From NCBI GenBank assembly GCA_963833225.1, contig CAWHXD010000012.1, forward strand, positions 1 through 12,762: a stretch of 12,762 bases of DNA. The letters are read 5' to 3'. The DNA is from an uncultured Chloroflexia bacterium. Its GTDB lineage: Bacteria > Chloroflexota > Limnocylindria > Limnocylindrales > CSP1-4. Position 1 is the stretch's first letter, and every line of letters starts with the position of its first letter. Positions 5,783 through 12,762 of this stretch are shown here, piece by piece. A program made the position numbers and the translations under genes. The notes beneath the pieces were generated by a model. That model did not search any database. It was not told where the DNA came from and saw only the letters and a list, made by a program, of their open reading frames with translations.

Positions 5783-6478
5783 ATGGAGCCGTCCAGCGCG
5801 CCGTGGCGCGTCCTCGAGGGAACCGAGCCCGAGACCGCCGCCCGGGAGGCGTCGCCGAGCGCCGTCCCGTGGCTTGCGATCGGCGGTTCCGTCCTTGCCG
5901 CGGTTGCCGCGATCGTGGCCCTCGTGTTCGCGATGAGACCGGATCCGGGGATGCTTGTCGACGCCCCGGTCGCCGCCATCGCGTCCGAACAGCCGGCTGG
6001 GGCCGCGCCGGCGAGCCCCGTCGGTAAGGCCGAAGTGGTGGTGGTCGATGTCGGCGGCGCCGTCGCCCACCCGGGCGTCTATCGCCTGCCTGCCGGCGCG
6101 CGACTCGGCGATGCCGTCGCGGCCGCCGGAGGATACAGCGCCAGGGTCGATGCCGAACGTGCAGATGTGGAGCTCAACCTGGCGGCCGTCGTTCACGATG
6201 GCGATCAGGTCCATGTCCCGGCGCGTGGTGACTCGTCGACCTCAGCCGCCGCAACTGCGGCCGAGGGTGGATCGCAGGCAACGTCGCCGCTCGACCTCAA
6301 CCGGGCGACGGCATCGCAGCTCGACACTCTGCCTGGCGTCGGTCCCGTGACGGCCGCCAAGATCATCGCCGCGCGCGAGCAGCGGCCGTTCGCCTCGCTC
6401 GACGACTTCGCCGCCCGCAAGGTGGTGGGCAACTCGACGCTCGACAAGATCCGGACCCTGGTCACGGTCGGGCCGTGA
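5783..6478 (+). CDS. comEA: Competence DNA receptor ComEA (TM + SLBB + helix-hairpin-helix); start uncertain (5717/5735/5783)
   Basis: One TM segment, VVVDVGGAVAHPGVYRLPAGARLGDAVAAAGG, LNLAAVVHDGDQVHVP and LDLNRATASQLDTLPGVGPVTAAKII. Confidence 0.95.
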   Translation: MEPSSAPWRVLEGTEPETAAREASPSAVPWLAIGGSVLAAVAAIVALVFAMRPDPGMLVDAPVAAIASEQPAGAAPASPVGKAEVVVVDVGGAVAHPGVYRLPAGARLGDAVAAAGGYSARVDAERADVELNLAAVVHDGDQVHVPARGDSSTSAAATAAEGGSQATSPLDLNRATASQLDTLPGVGPVTAAKIIAAREQRPFASLDDFAARKVVGNSTLDKIRTLVTVGP

Positions 6479-6539
6479 GCTCGATCCCAGGCTCGAGTCC
6501 ACACGGGCAAGGTAAGGGGCGCCTTCGGTCAGCGATCGA

Positions 6540-9500
6540 ATGACCGACGGGCGGGCGCGCGTCCCACGCAGCGCCTGGCTGGCGGTCGGCGCGGTGGGCG
6601 GTGCGGCGATCGCCACCGTTGGGGTCTCGCCCTGGGTCGCGGTCAGCCTGGGGGCGGCCGTCGTCATGGGCGCGTTTGCGGCCACCGTGCCGCATCGGCC
6701 GCCATCGACGACGGCATTCGGGCTGGGTGCCGGTCTGGTTGCCGTCGGGCTCAGGCTGGTGCTGGGCCCGGTCCCGGCGCCCCCGCAGCCCCTGCCCGGG
6801 TCCGCCCACGGACCATGGGTGGCGGTCGTCGATTCCATCGCGGCGCCGCGGGACGGTGACCAGGTTGCCCGTCTGCGACTCGACGTTGCTCCGGCCACAC
6901 TTCCCGACGGTGCGATCGACCCGGGGCTGGACGGTGGCTCGGAGGCAGGCTGGATCGCGGTTGCTGCCACGTTGCCCGGCTTCCCGGAGATCCGCGCCGG
7001 TGATCGGATCGAGGTGGACGGTCGCCTGCGACCGCCGCCGGAGGACGACCCGTACGGCGCGTATCTCACCCGAACAGGCGCCTCGGGGTCGCTCGACGGA
7101 ACGCGCGTCAGCGTGCTCACGCCCGGACCGTCCGGCTCGGTGCAATCGATCCGCGACGGCGCCGGCGATGCGCTGCGGCTCGCGCTTCCCGAACCCGAGG
7201 CTGGCCTGGCTGCGGCCATCCTGATCGGCCTTCGCGAGCGCGTTGACCGGGACCTCGCGGCGGCGTTCGCGACGGCCGGAGTCAGCCACATCGTCGCCAT
7301 CTCGGGCTGGAACATCGCGATCGTGGCGGGGATCCTCGGGGCCCTGCTGCGTGGGCGGCCGCGCCGCGTGGTCGCCGTCGTGGTCGGCGGCACGATCGCG
7401 GGCTACGTGGTCGCCGCCGGTGCCTCGCCCTCGATCGTCCGTGCGGCGGTGATGGCATCGGTGGCGCTCGTCGCCCGCGAGAGCGGCCGCGCCGGCCGGG
7501 CGCCGGCCGCGCTCGCCTGGGCGGCGACGCTGCTGCTGGTGATGAGCCCCGAGATGATCGCCGACGCCGGGTTCCGGCTGTCCGTCGCGGCGACCGCCGG
7601 CCTGATTGCCTGGTCCGGACGGCTCGGCTCCTGGATCGACCAGCGAACCGGCGACCGGCTGCCGGGCTGGCTTGCCGAGAGCCTCGGGATCTCCCTTGCC
7701 GCGCAGGCGGCCACCCTGCCCGACGTCCTCGCGACGTTCGGGCGGCTGTCGCTGGTCGCGCCCGTCGTCAACCTGCTCGTCGTGCCACTCGTGCCGGTGG
7801 CGATGGCTGGAGGCCTCCTCGGGCTGCTCGGCGGCTGGACGGTGTTGGTGGGTGCGCCGGCGTGGCTCGCGATGCTGGCAGGCCTGCCTGGATGGATGGT
7901 GCTCCATCTCATCGTGACGATCGTGCGAGCCGGTGCGGCCCTGCCCGTCGCGGCCGTCTCGCTTCCAGCGGAGCTGACGCTGCCGTGCGGCCTGGGCGCC
8001 GCGCTCGCCATCGCTGCCGTCATGGGCCTGCGACGTCGCCGGTTGCGGGGCGGCGATCCGGACCCCGGTGCGACCGCGGCAACCTCGAGGAGCGGAGCGT
8101 CCGGAGCGCCACGACCGCGCCGCCCCGGCAGCGGCAACCGGGGACGCCGGCCGGCGATCCCGCGGCTCACCGCCGCCACCCGGGCGATCCTCGTCGCGGC
8201 CGTCATCGTCGGTTCGGTCGGCGCCACGGTCGTCGTGAGCGCGTCGACCCGCGGCACGCGCCTGACGATCCTCGACGTCGGGCAGGGTGACGCGATCCTG
8301 CTGGAGAGCGCGGGCGGACCGCGCATGCTGATCGACGGCGGCCCCGATCCCGATCGGTTGATGGTGCTCCTCGGCGAGCGGATCCCGCCCTGGGACCGCC
8401 GGATCGACATTGTGGTCCTGACCCACCCCCACGAGGACCACGTCGCCGGGCTCGTGCGCGTGCTCGAGCGATATGCGGTGGGCCGGGTCTACGAACCCGG
8501 TATGCACGGCCCGGGCCCTGGTTGGCACGCATGGGACGCGCTGCTCCAACGCGGGTCACCGCCGCGAGGAAACCTGGCTACGGGCGAGCACATCGATCTT
8601 GCGGAGATTCACCTCGACGTGCTGTGGCCGGACCCGGGCACGGTCGCGATCGAGCCGGGCAGCACCGGCCGGCAGATCAACGACACCTCGATCGTGCTCC
8701 TGGGCACGGCCAACGGCCGGCGGTTCCTGCTTAGCGGCGACGCCGAGGATGACGTCGATCCCAAGCTGATCGCCCGCGGTCTGCCACACGTCGATGTCCT
8801 CAAGGTCGCGCACCACGGCAGCGCAACGGCAACCAGCCAGCCGCTGATCGATGCCCTGCGACCGACGATCGCCGTGGTCTCGGTCGGCGCCCACAACGAT
8901 TACGGTCATCCCGCTCCGGCCACGCTGGGGCGGCTCCGGTCAAGCGGCGCAAGGGTCTTCCGAACCGACCACGATGGGACGGTCACCCTCGACCTGACCA
9001 ACGGCGGCGTGGTCGTCCATGCGAGCGGCGGTCGAACGGCCTCCCGAGGCGGCGGCCGGTCGGTCGACGAGACCGCGGCAGGGCCGGCGCAGCACCCGAT
9101 CGCGGTCGCCGGCATCTCGGGCGCGACCGGCGCTGCACCGGCGTCCGCGGCGGCCCGCACGGGCTACGATTCCAGAGATGACGATCCCCGACCGTCGCGA
9201 GGCCGCCCACCTGCTGTGCTCCCTCGATCCGCCGGACTGGTTCGCTCGGCACGCGTGCGTGGTCGCCGACGTGGCCGCCTGGTTGGCCCGCCGCGCGTCG
9301 CGGGCCGGCGCCGTCGTGGACCTGCGTCTGGTGGAGGCCGCTGCTCTGCTGCACGACGTCGACAAGCTTCCAGCCGTGCAGCTGCCCGGCCACCACCGGC
9401 ACGGCGAGGGATCAGCGGCCTATCTGGCGGCACAAGGCTGGAGCGAGCTGGGGCCCGTGGTCCGCGATCACCCGGTCACGTTCCTGGCCGGGCCCGACGG

Positions 9501-9752
9501 AGCGATGTGGCTCGAGTCAGCCGGGCTCGAGGCGCGGATCGTCGCCTACGCCGACAAGCGGGGCTCGCAGCGGCTCGAGCCGATGTCGACGCGCTTTGCC
9601 TCGTGGCGGCGGCGATACCCGCCCGGGTCCGGGACCCACGTGCCACGGACCGGCGGCACGGCCTGGACCGAGGCCACCATGGCCCTCGCGGAGGCCCGGG
9701 CGAGCGCCCTGGAGCGGGATGTGTGCGAGGTCGCTCGCGTTCGACCCGATGA
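6540..9752 (+). CDS. comEC: ComEC/Rec2 DNA-uptake channel with metallo-beta-lactamase domain; recognisable domains end near 9030, true 3' end uncertain
   Basis: FATAGVSHIVAISGWN, SPSIVRAAVM, GFRLSVAAT, DVGQGDAIL, THPHEDHVAG, LSGDAE, LKVAHHGS and NDYGHP. Confidence 0.93.
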   Translation: MTDGRARVPRSAWLAVGAVGGAAIATVGVSPWVAVSLGAAVVMGAFAATVPHRPPSTTAFGLGAGLVAVGLRLVLGPVPAPPQPLPGSAHGPWVAVVDSIAAPRDGDQVARLRLDVAPATLPDGAIDPGLDGGSEAGWIAVAATLPGFPEIRAGDRIEVDGRLRPPPEDDPYGAYLTRTGASGSLDGTRVSVLTPGPSGSVQSIRDGAGDALRLALPEPEAGLAAAILIGLRERVDRDLAAAFATAGVSHIVAISGWNIAIVAGILGALLRGRPRRVVAVVVGGTIAGYVVAAGASPSIVRAAVMASVALVARESGRAGRAPAALAWAATLLLVMSPEMIADAGFRLSVAATAGLIAWSGRLGSWIDQRTGDRLPGWLAESLGISLAAQAATLPDVLATFGRLSLVAPVVNLLVVPLVPVAMAGGLLGLLGGWTVLVGAPAWLAMLAGLPGWMVLHLIVTIVRAGAALPVAAVSLPAELTLPCGLGAALAIAAVMGLRRRRLRGGDPDPGATAATSRSGASGAPRPRRPGSGNRGRRPAIPRLTAATRAILVAAVIVGSVGATVVVSASTRGTRLTILDVGQGDAILLESAGGPRMLIDGGPDPDRLMVLLGERIPPWDRRIDIVVLTHPHEDHVAGLVRVLERYAVGRVYEPGMHGPGPGWHAWDALLQRGSPPRGNLATGEHIDLAEIHLDVLWPDPGTVAIEPGSTGRQINDTSIVLLGTANGRRFLLSGDAEDDVDPKLIARGLPHVDVLKVAHHGSATATSQPLIDALRPTIAVVSVGAHNDYGHPAPATLGRLRSSGARVFRTDHDGTVTLDLTNGGVVVHASGGRTASRGGGRSVDETAAGPAQHPIAVAGISGATGAAPASAAARTGYDSRDDDPRPSRGRPPAVLPRSAGLVRSARVRGRRRGRLVGPPRVAGRRRRGPASGGGRCSAARRRQASSRAAARPPPARRGISGLSGGTRLERAGARGPRSPGHVPGRARRSDVARVSRARGADRRLRRQAGLAAARADVDALCLVAAAIPARVRDPRATDRRHGLDRGHHGPRGGPGERPGAGCVRGRSRSTR
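9165..9180 (+). promoter_or_regulatory. Putative -10 box for a leaderless HD-holA transcript
   Basis: TACGAT (9165-9170) lies 7 nt before ATG 9178, with no clear SD. Confidence 0.45.
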
Positions 9753-9804
9753 GGTGCGGCGGCTCCGATGGGCCGGGCGCACGCTGCGCGAGGTCGCGCG
9801 ATGA
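9178..9804 (+). CDS. HD-domain metal-dependent phosphohydrolase (208 aa)
   Basis: ARHACVVADVA, AAALLHDVDK, HGEGSAAYL, VRDHP and IVAYADKR. The stop overlaps the holA start (ATGA, 9801-9804). Confidence 0.88.
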   Translation: MTIPDRREAAHLLCSLDPPDWFARHACVVADVAAWLARRASRAGAVVDLRLVEAAALLHDVDKLPAVQLPGHHRHGEGSAAYLAAQGWSELGPVVRDHPVTFLAGPDGAMWLESAGLEARIVAYADKRGSQRLEPMSTRFASWRRRYPPGSGTHVPRTGGTAWTEATMALAEARASALERDVCEVARVRPDEVRRLRWAGRTLREVAR

Positions 9805-10863
9805 CCGCCGACGTCCCGATCATCGCCTACCTTCGCGGCGACGACGGCTACGAGATCGACCGGACGGTGGCCGGGATCGGGCGCCGCATGGAGCAGTCAT
9901 CGGGCGCCGCGCCGGAGCGATGGCGCGTCCAGGCTGCCGAGACGGACGCGACGGCGATCACCGAGCGGGTAGCGACCGCCCCGATGTTCGGGGGTGGCAC
10001 GCTCGCCGTGATCGCCGATCCGGCACCGCTCCTGCGCTCGAAGGCGGATCGTGAGGCGCTCGAGAGGGCGATCGGCACGGTGGCCCCGGGCAACGCGCTC
10101 GTGTTCACCGAGATCGGCGAGCGCGGGAGCCGGCGGCCGGCCGCGCTGCAGGGCCTCGAGACGGCAGTCGCTCGCGGCGGCGGGGATGTCCGGACGTTCA
10201 AGGCACCGCAGGCGGGTGAGCTGGCCGGCTGGATCGAGGGTCGGGCCAGGGAGCGCGGACTGCAGCTGGGACCGGGCGCCGCGAAGGAGCTGGCGCGCCG
10301 GGTCGGCGGGTTTGTCCGCGAAGGCGACGTGGACCGCGCGCGCCAGGGCGCGCTGGCCGTCGGCGAGCTCGACAAGCTGGCCCTCTATCGATCCGGGGAT
10401 CCGATCACCGAGGCCGACGTGTCCGCGCTGGTGGCCGAGGTCGTGCCGAACTCGACGTGGGCGCTGCTCGATGCGATCGCGGAACGCCGCGTCGCCACGG
10501 CGGGTCCTGCGCTCGACCGGCTCCTCGACACGACCCCCGAGCCTGTCGTGCTCGTCCACCTCCATCGCCGGCTTCGCGAGCTGACCGAGGTGGCCGACCA
10601 TCTCGCGCACGGTGCGACGCCCGGCAGCCTGGTACGAGCCCTGGGCATGAAGCCGTTCAGGGTCGAGAAGCTCGTCGGGCAGGCACGCCGCTGGACGTCG
10701 GAGGAGCTCGAGGACGCGCTCGACGGGTTGCTGGACGCTCGACGCGATGGTCAAGGGCGCCCCCGGAGCCGGGGCGACCGAGGGCCAGCGTCGGCTGGCC
10801 TTCGCTGTCTGGGTTCGGGACCGGGTGGGCGCGGGCGACCCGACGCCGGCCGCGAGCCGCTGA
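9801..10863 (+). CDS. holA: DNA polymerase III subunit delta, with an apparent +1 frameshift at about 10737
   Basis: YLRGDDGY, TAPMFGGGTLAVI, WIEGRARERGLQL, GELDKLALY, WALLDAI and GMKPFRVEKL. Removing one base at ctggac(g)ctc restores LLDLDAMVKG...SR* ending at TGA 10861-10863. Position after comEC is typical. Confidence 0.88.
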
Positions 10864-10883
10864 CAGGCGGACGCTGGTTCGAC

Positions 10884-11138
10884 CTATTCGGCCGAGGACC
10901 AGGCCTCCTCCTGGAGAACCACGTCGCTCTCGATCGCGAACACACAGCGACTCTCGCCGAGGTCGAGCAACTCGATCAGCTCGGGATCGATGTACAGCTG
11001 GTGGCAGTCCTCGCACAGGCCACCGGGAACGCCGAAGCACAGCCGCTCCGTCCGGTCGGGGAGCCGGAACGTGGTGTCGAACCGGGTGACGATGAGGCGG
11101 CGGCTGCAACCAGGGCAGCGATCTCGCAGGCCCGACAT
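10884..11138 (-). CDS. Small zinc-ribbon protein (YgiT/MqsA-N-like, 84 aa)
   Basis: GGAG RBS; CPGC...FGVPGGLCEDCHQLYID gives two CxxC pairs with YgiT-like spacing. Confidence 0.75.
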   Translation of the reverse strand: MSGLRDRCPGCSRRLIVTRFDTTFRLPDRTERLCFGVPGGLCEDCHQLYIDPELIELLDLGESRCVFAIESDVVLQEEAWSSAE

Positions 11139-11224
11139 CGGATGGTTCTCCGGTGGCGCCGGCCAGGATGGCCGACGACTCGAGATCGATGCTAGGAAGG
11201 GTGGTGCGTGCGGGACATGGCCCA

Positions 11225-11249
11225 GGGGTACCGCTCTCGCCGGTACCCC
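11225..11249 (-). terminator. Hairpin downstream of rsfS, possible terminator or stabiliser
   Basis: GGGGTACCG-ctctcgc-CGGTACCCC, a perfect 9-bp stem about 40 nt past the rsfS stop. No U-tract. Confidence 0.45.
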
Positions 11250-11289
11250 ATCAGACGGCCGCCAGACGGACGCTCGCCCGGTGCGCCCA

Positions 11290-11715
11290 CTACTGCACCC
11301 GAAGTACCGTCCTCGCCCCGGACCAGTGACGCTCGAGCTGGTAGTAGTCGCGCTCGGGCGGCGTGAACACGTGGACGATGACGGCGCCGAAGTCCAACAG
11401 GACCCAATGCGACTCGGGCGTGCCCTCGCGCCCGATCGGCTTGACCGCCTCGTTCCGCAGTCCTTCGAGGATCCCGTCCGCGATCCCGTTGATCTGCCGC
11501 TCGGACCCGCCCGAGCAGATCACGAACGCATCGGCAACCGTGGTGAGCCCGGCCAGGTCGAGGAGCACGATGTCGGCTGCCTTCTTGTCCTCCGCCAGCT
11601 CGACGATCCGCCGAGCGAGGTCGAGCGCCGCGCGGTCGGCGGCCGGCGCTGCCGTGTCGCGCGACGGGAGGCCATCCGGGCGGGGGGCGGTGGACGAGGC
11701 AGCGGACTTGGTCAC
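11290..11715 (-). CDS. rsfS: Ribosome silencing factor RsfS/Iojap
   Basis: GGAGG RBS and GTG 11715. Motifs AEDKKAADIVLLDL, ADAFVICSGGSERQI and WVLLDFGAVIVHVFTPPERDYYQLERHW. Confidence 0.96.
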   Translation of the reverse strand: MTKSAASSTAPRPDGLPSRDTAAPAADRAALDLARRIVELAEDKKAADIVLLDLAGLTTVADAFVICSGGSERQINGIADGILEGLRNEAVKPIGREGTPESHWVLLDFGAVIVHVFTPPERDYYQLERHWSGARTVLRVQ

Positions 11716-11719
11716 GTGG

Positions 11720-12339
11720 TCAGGATCCTCCGGCGGGTTCCAGGTACAGGCGATGGTCGGCGATGTAGCGCGCGACGGCGTCGGGCACGAGGTAGCGGAT
11801 CGATCGCCCCGCCGCCACCCGCCGTCGCACCACGCTACCGGAGATGGGCAACAGGGGCCCCGACAGGAACACGAACCGATCCGCCCGGCCCGGGAAGCGA
11901 TCCACCACCCGGGCCAGATCGGGTCGATCGTTCCCGCCACGGGGAACGACCGCCAGCCGGCACAGCTCGAGGATCCGATCGGGATGTCGCCATTCGGGAA
12001 ACCCGGCGAGCGCCTCCGAGGACATGATGAACCAGACGTCACGCGCACCGGCTGCCTGCATCGCTTCGAGGGTATCCACGGTGTACGAGACACCGCCGCG
12101 GTCCAGCTCGATCCTGCTCACAGCGAAGCTCGGGTTGCCGGCGGTGGCCAGCTCGAGCATGGCCAGCCGGTGCTCGGGCGGCCGTGACCGGGTCGACCGG
12201 GCTTGTGGGGCGGCAAGGCCGCCGGGATGAACTTGACGTGCTCCAGACCCAGAGCCTCGCGGGCCTCTTCGGCGATCGCGAGGTGTCCGTGATGGACGGG
12301 GTCGAACGTCCCGCCCAGGACACCGAGCGATCCAGGCAC
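11720..12339 (-). CDS. nadD: Nicotinate-nucleotide adenylyltransferase, with apparent frameshifts at about 12177 and 12190; start uncertain (GTG 12339, or further upstream near 12419)
   Basis: [25 protein letters not shown], then after the indels [45 protein letters not shown]. Lies between obgE and rsfS. Confidence 0.92.
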
Positions 12340-12415
12340 GATCGTGGCCGGCGACGGGACCGCGTCGACGGCCGGTCCCTCCTCGGCGATCCCGCTCGTG
12401 CCCCTGGCCCCGCGC

Positions 12416-12762
12416 TCAATCGGCTCCCTCGTGGGGCTCCCACTCCAGCTCCGAGCCACCGATCCGGACCAGGTCCCCCGACCGGACGCCAGCCCGCCGC
12501 AGCGCGTCGTCGATGCCCAGCCGCGCAAGCTCGCGCTGGAACCGTTCGGCCGACTCCTCGTTGTCGAAGTTCGTCTGCGCGACGAGGCGCTCGATTCGCT
12601 TTCCCCGAACGCGGAGCACGCCCTCCTCCCGGTCCAGCGCGAAGCCGTCCCCGGACGCCTCGAGCCGGTGGACGACGACATCCGCCGGCTCGGGTGGCTC
12701 GGCGAGCCCGGCCGCATCCGGCAGCAGGCCGGAGACGGCGGCACGCAGCTCCCCAAGGCCCG
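12416..12762 (-). CDS. obgE: GTPase ObgE/CgtA, C-terminal OCT (DUF1967) domain (partial, runs off the right edge)
   Basis: [57 protein letters not shown], with obg-nadD-rsfS synteny. Confidence 0.92.
   Translation of the reverse strand, partial: GLGELRAAVSGLLPDAAGLAEPPEPADVVVHRLEASGDGFALDREEGVLRVRGKRIERLVAQTNFDNEESAERFQRELARLGIDDALRRAGVRSGDLVRIGGSELEWEPHEGAD

Noticed and set aside
6242-8549. Long - strand ORFs (695, 383 and 335 aa) opposite comEC
   Set aside because: They are antisense shadows of a well-supported gene and show no motifs.
10737-11195. Extended holA C-terminus (475-aa ORF) as a novel fusion
   Set aside because: It results from the +1 frameshift. The proper C-terminus is in another frame ending at 10863, and the extension is antisense to the zinc-ribbon gene.
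11716-12093. N-terminal extension of rsfS in the ORF track (267 aa)
   Set aside because: It overlaps nadD out of frame, and a good RBS with GTG at 11715 gives a normal-sized RsfS.
12170-12195. Programmed ribosomal frameshifting in nadD, holA or the CGNR gene
   Set aside because: There is no slippery heptamer at these sites and no precedent known to me. Several scattered indels favour sequencing error.
1-12762. CRISPR array, rRNA, tRNA or known riboswitch
   Set aside because: I saw no regularly spaced repeats or recognisable structured-RNA signatures by eye. A covariance-model search was not possible.

Overview
High-GC bacterial chromosomal window. Gene content suggests Chloroflexota or an actinobacterium-like lineage, but this is inference only. 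The core backbone is the 3' end of leuS, then comEA-comEC-HD hydrolase-holA on +, meeting obgE-nadD-rsfS and a small zinc-ribbon gene on -. About 5.6 kb of accessory DNA lies between leuS and comEA. It holds (i) an LLM-class oxidoreductase whose apparently native 5' end survives upstream as a 47-codon stub, while the working gene has a compositionally foreign 5' end and a small membrane-protein gene sits between them; (ii) an intact IS630 inserted exactly into the CTAG that forms the shared stop codons of two convergent genes; (iii) a CGNR/ABATE regulator gene divergent from a small-protein operon, with two GTAAC-N20-GTTAC palindromes over back-to-back promoters; (iv) an MmeI-like restriction-modification remnant joined directly to a tyrosine-integrase remnant; and (v) a SnoaL/NTF2 gene. 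Frameshifts in holA, nadD and the CGNR gene suggest indel errors in the sequence, so pseudogene calls need caution.
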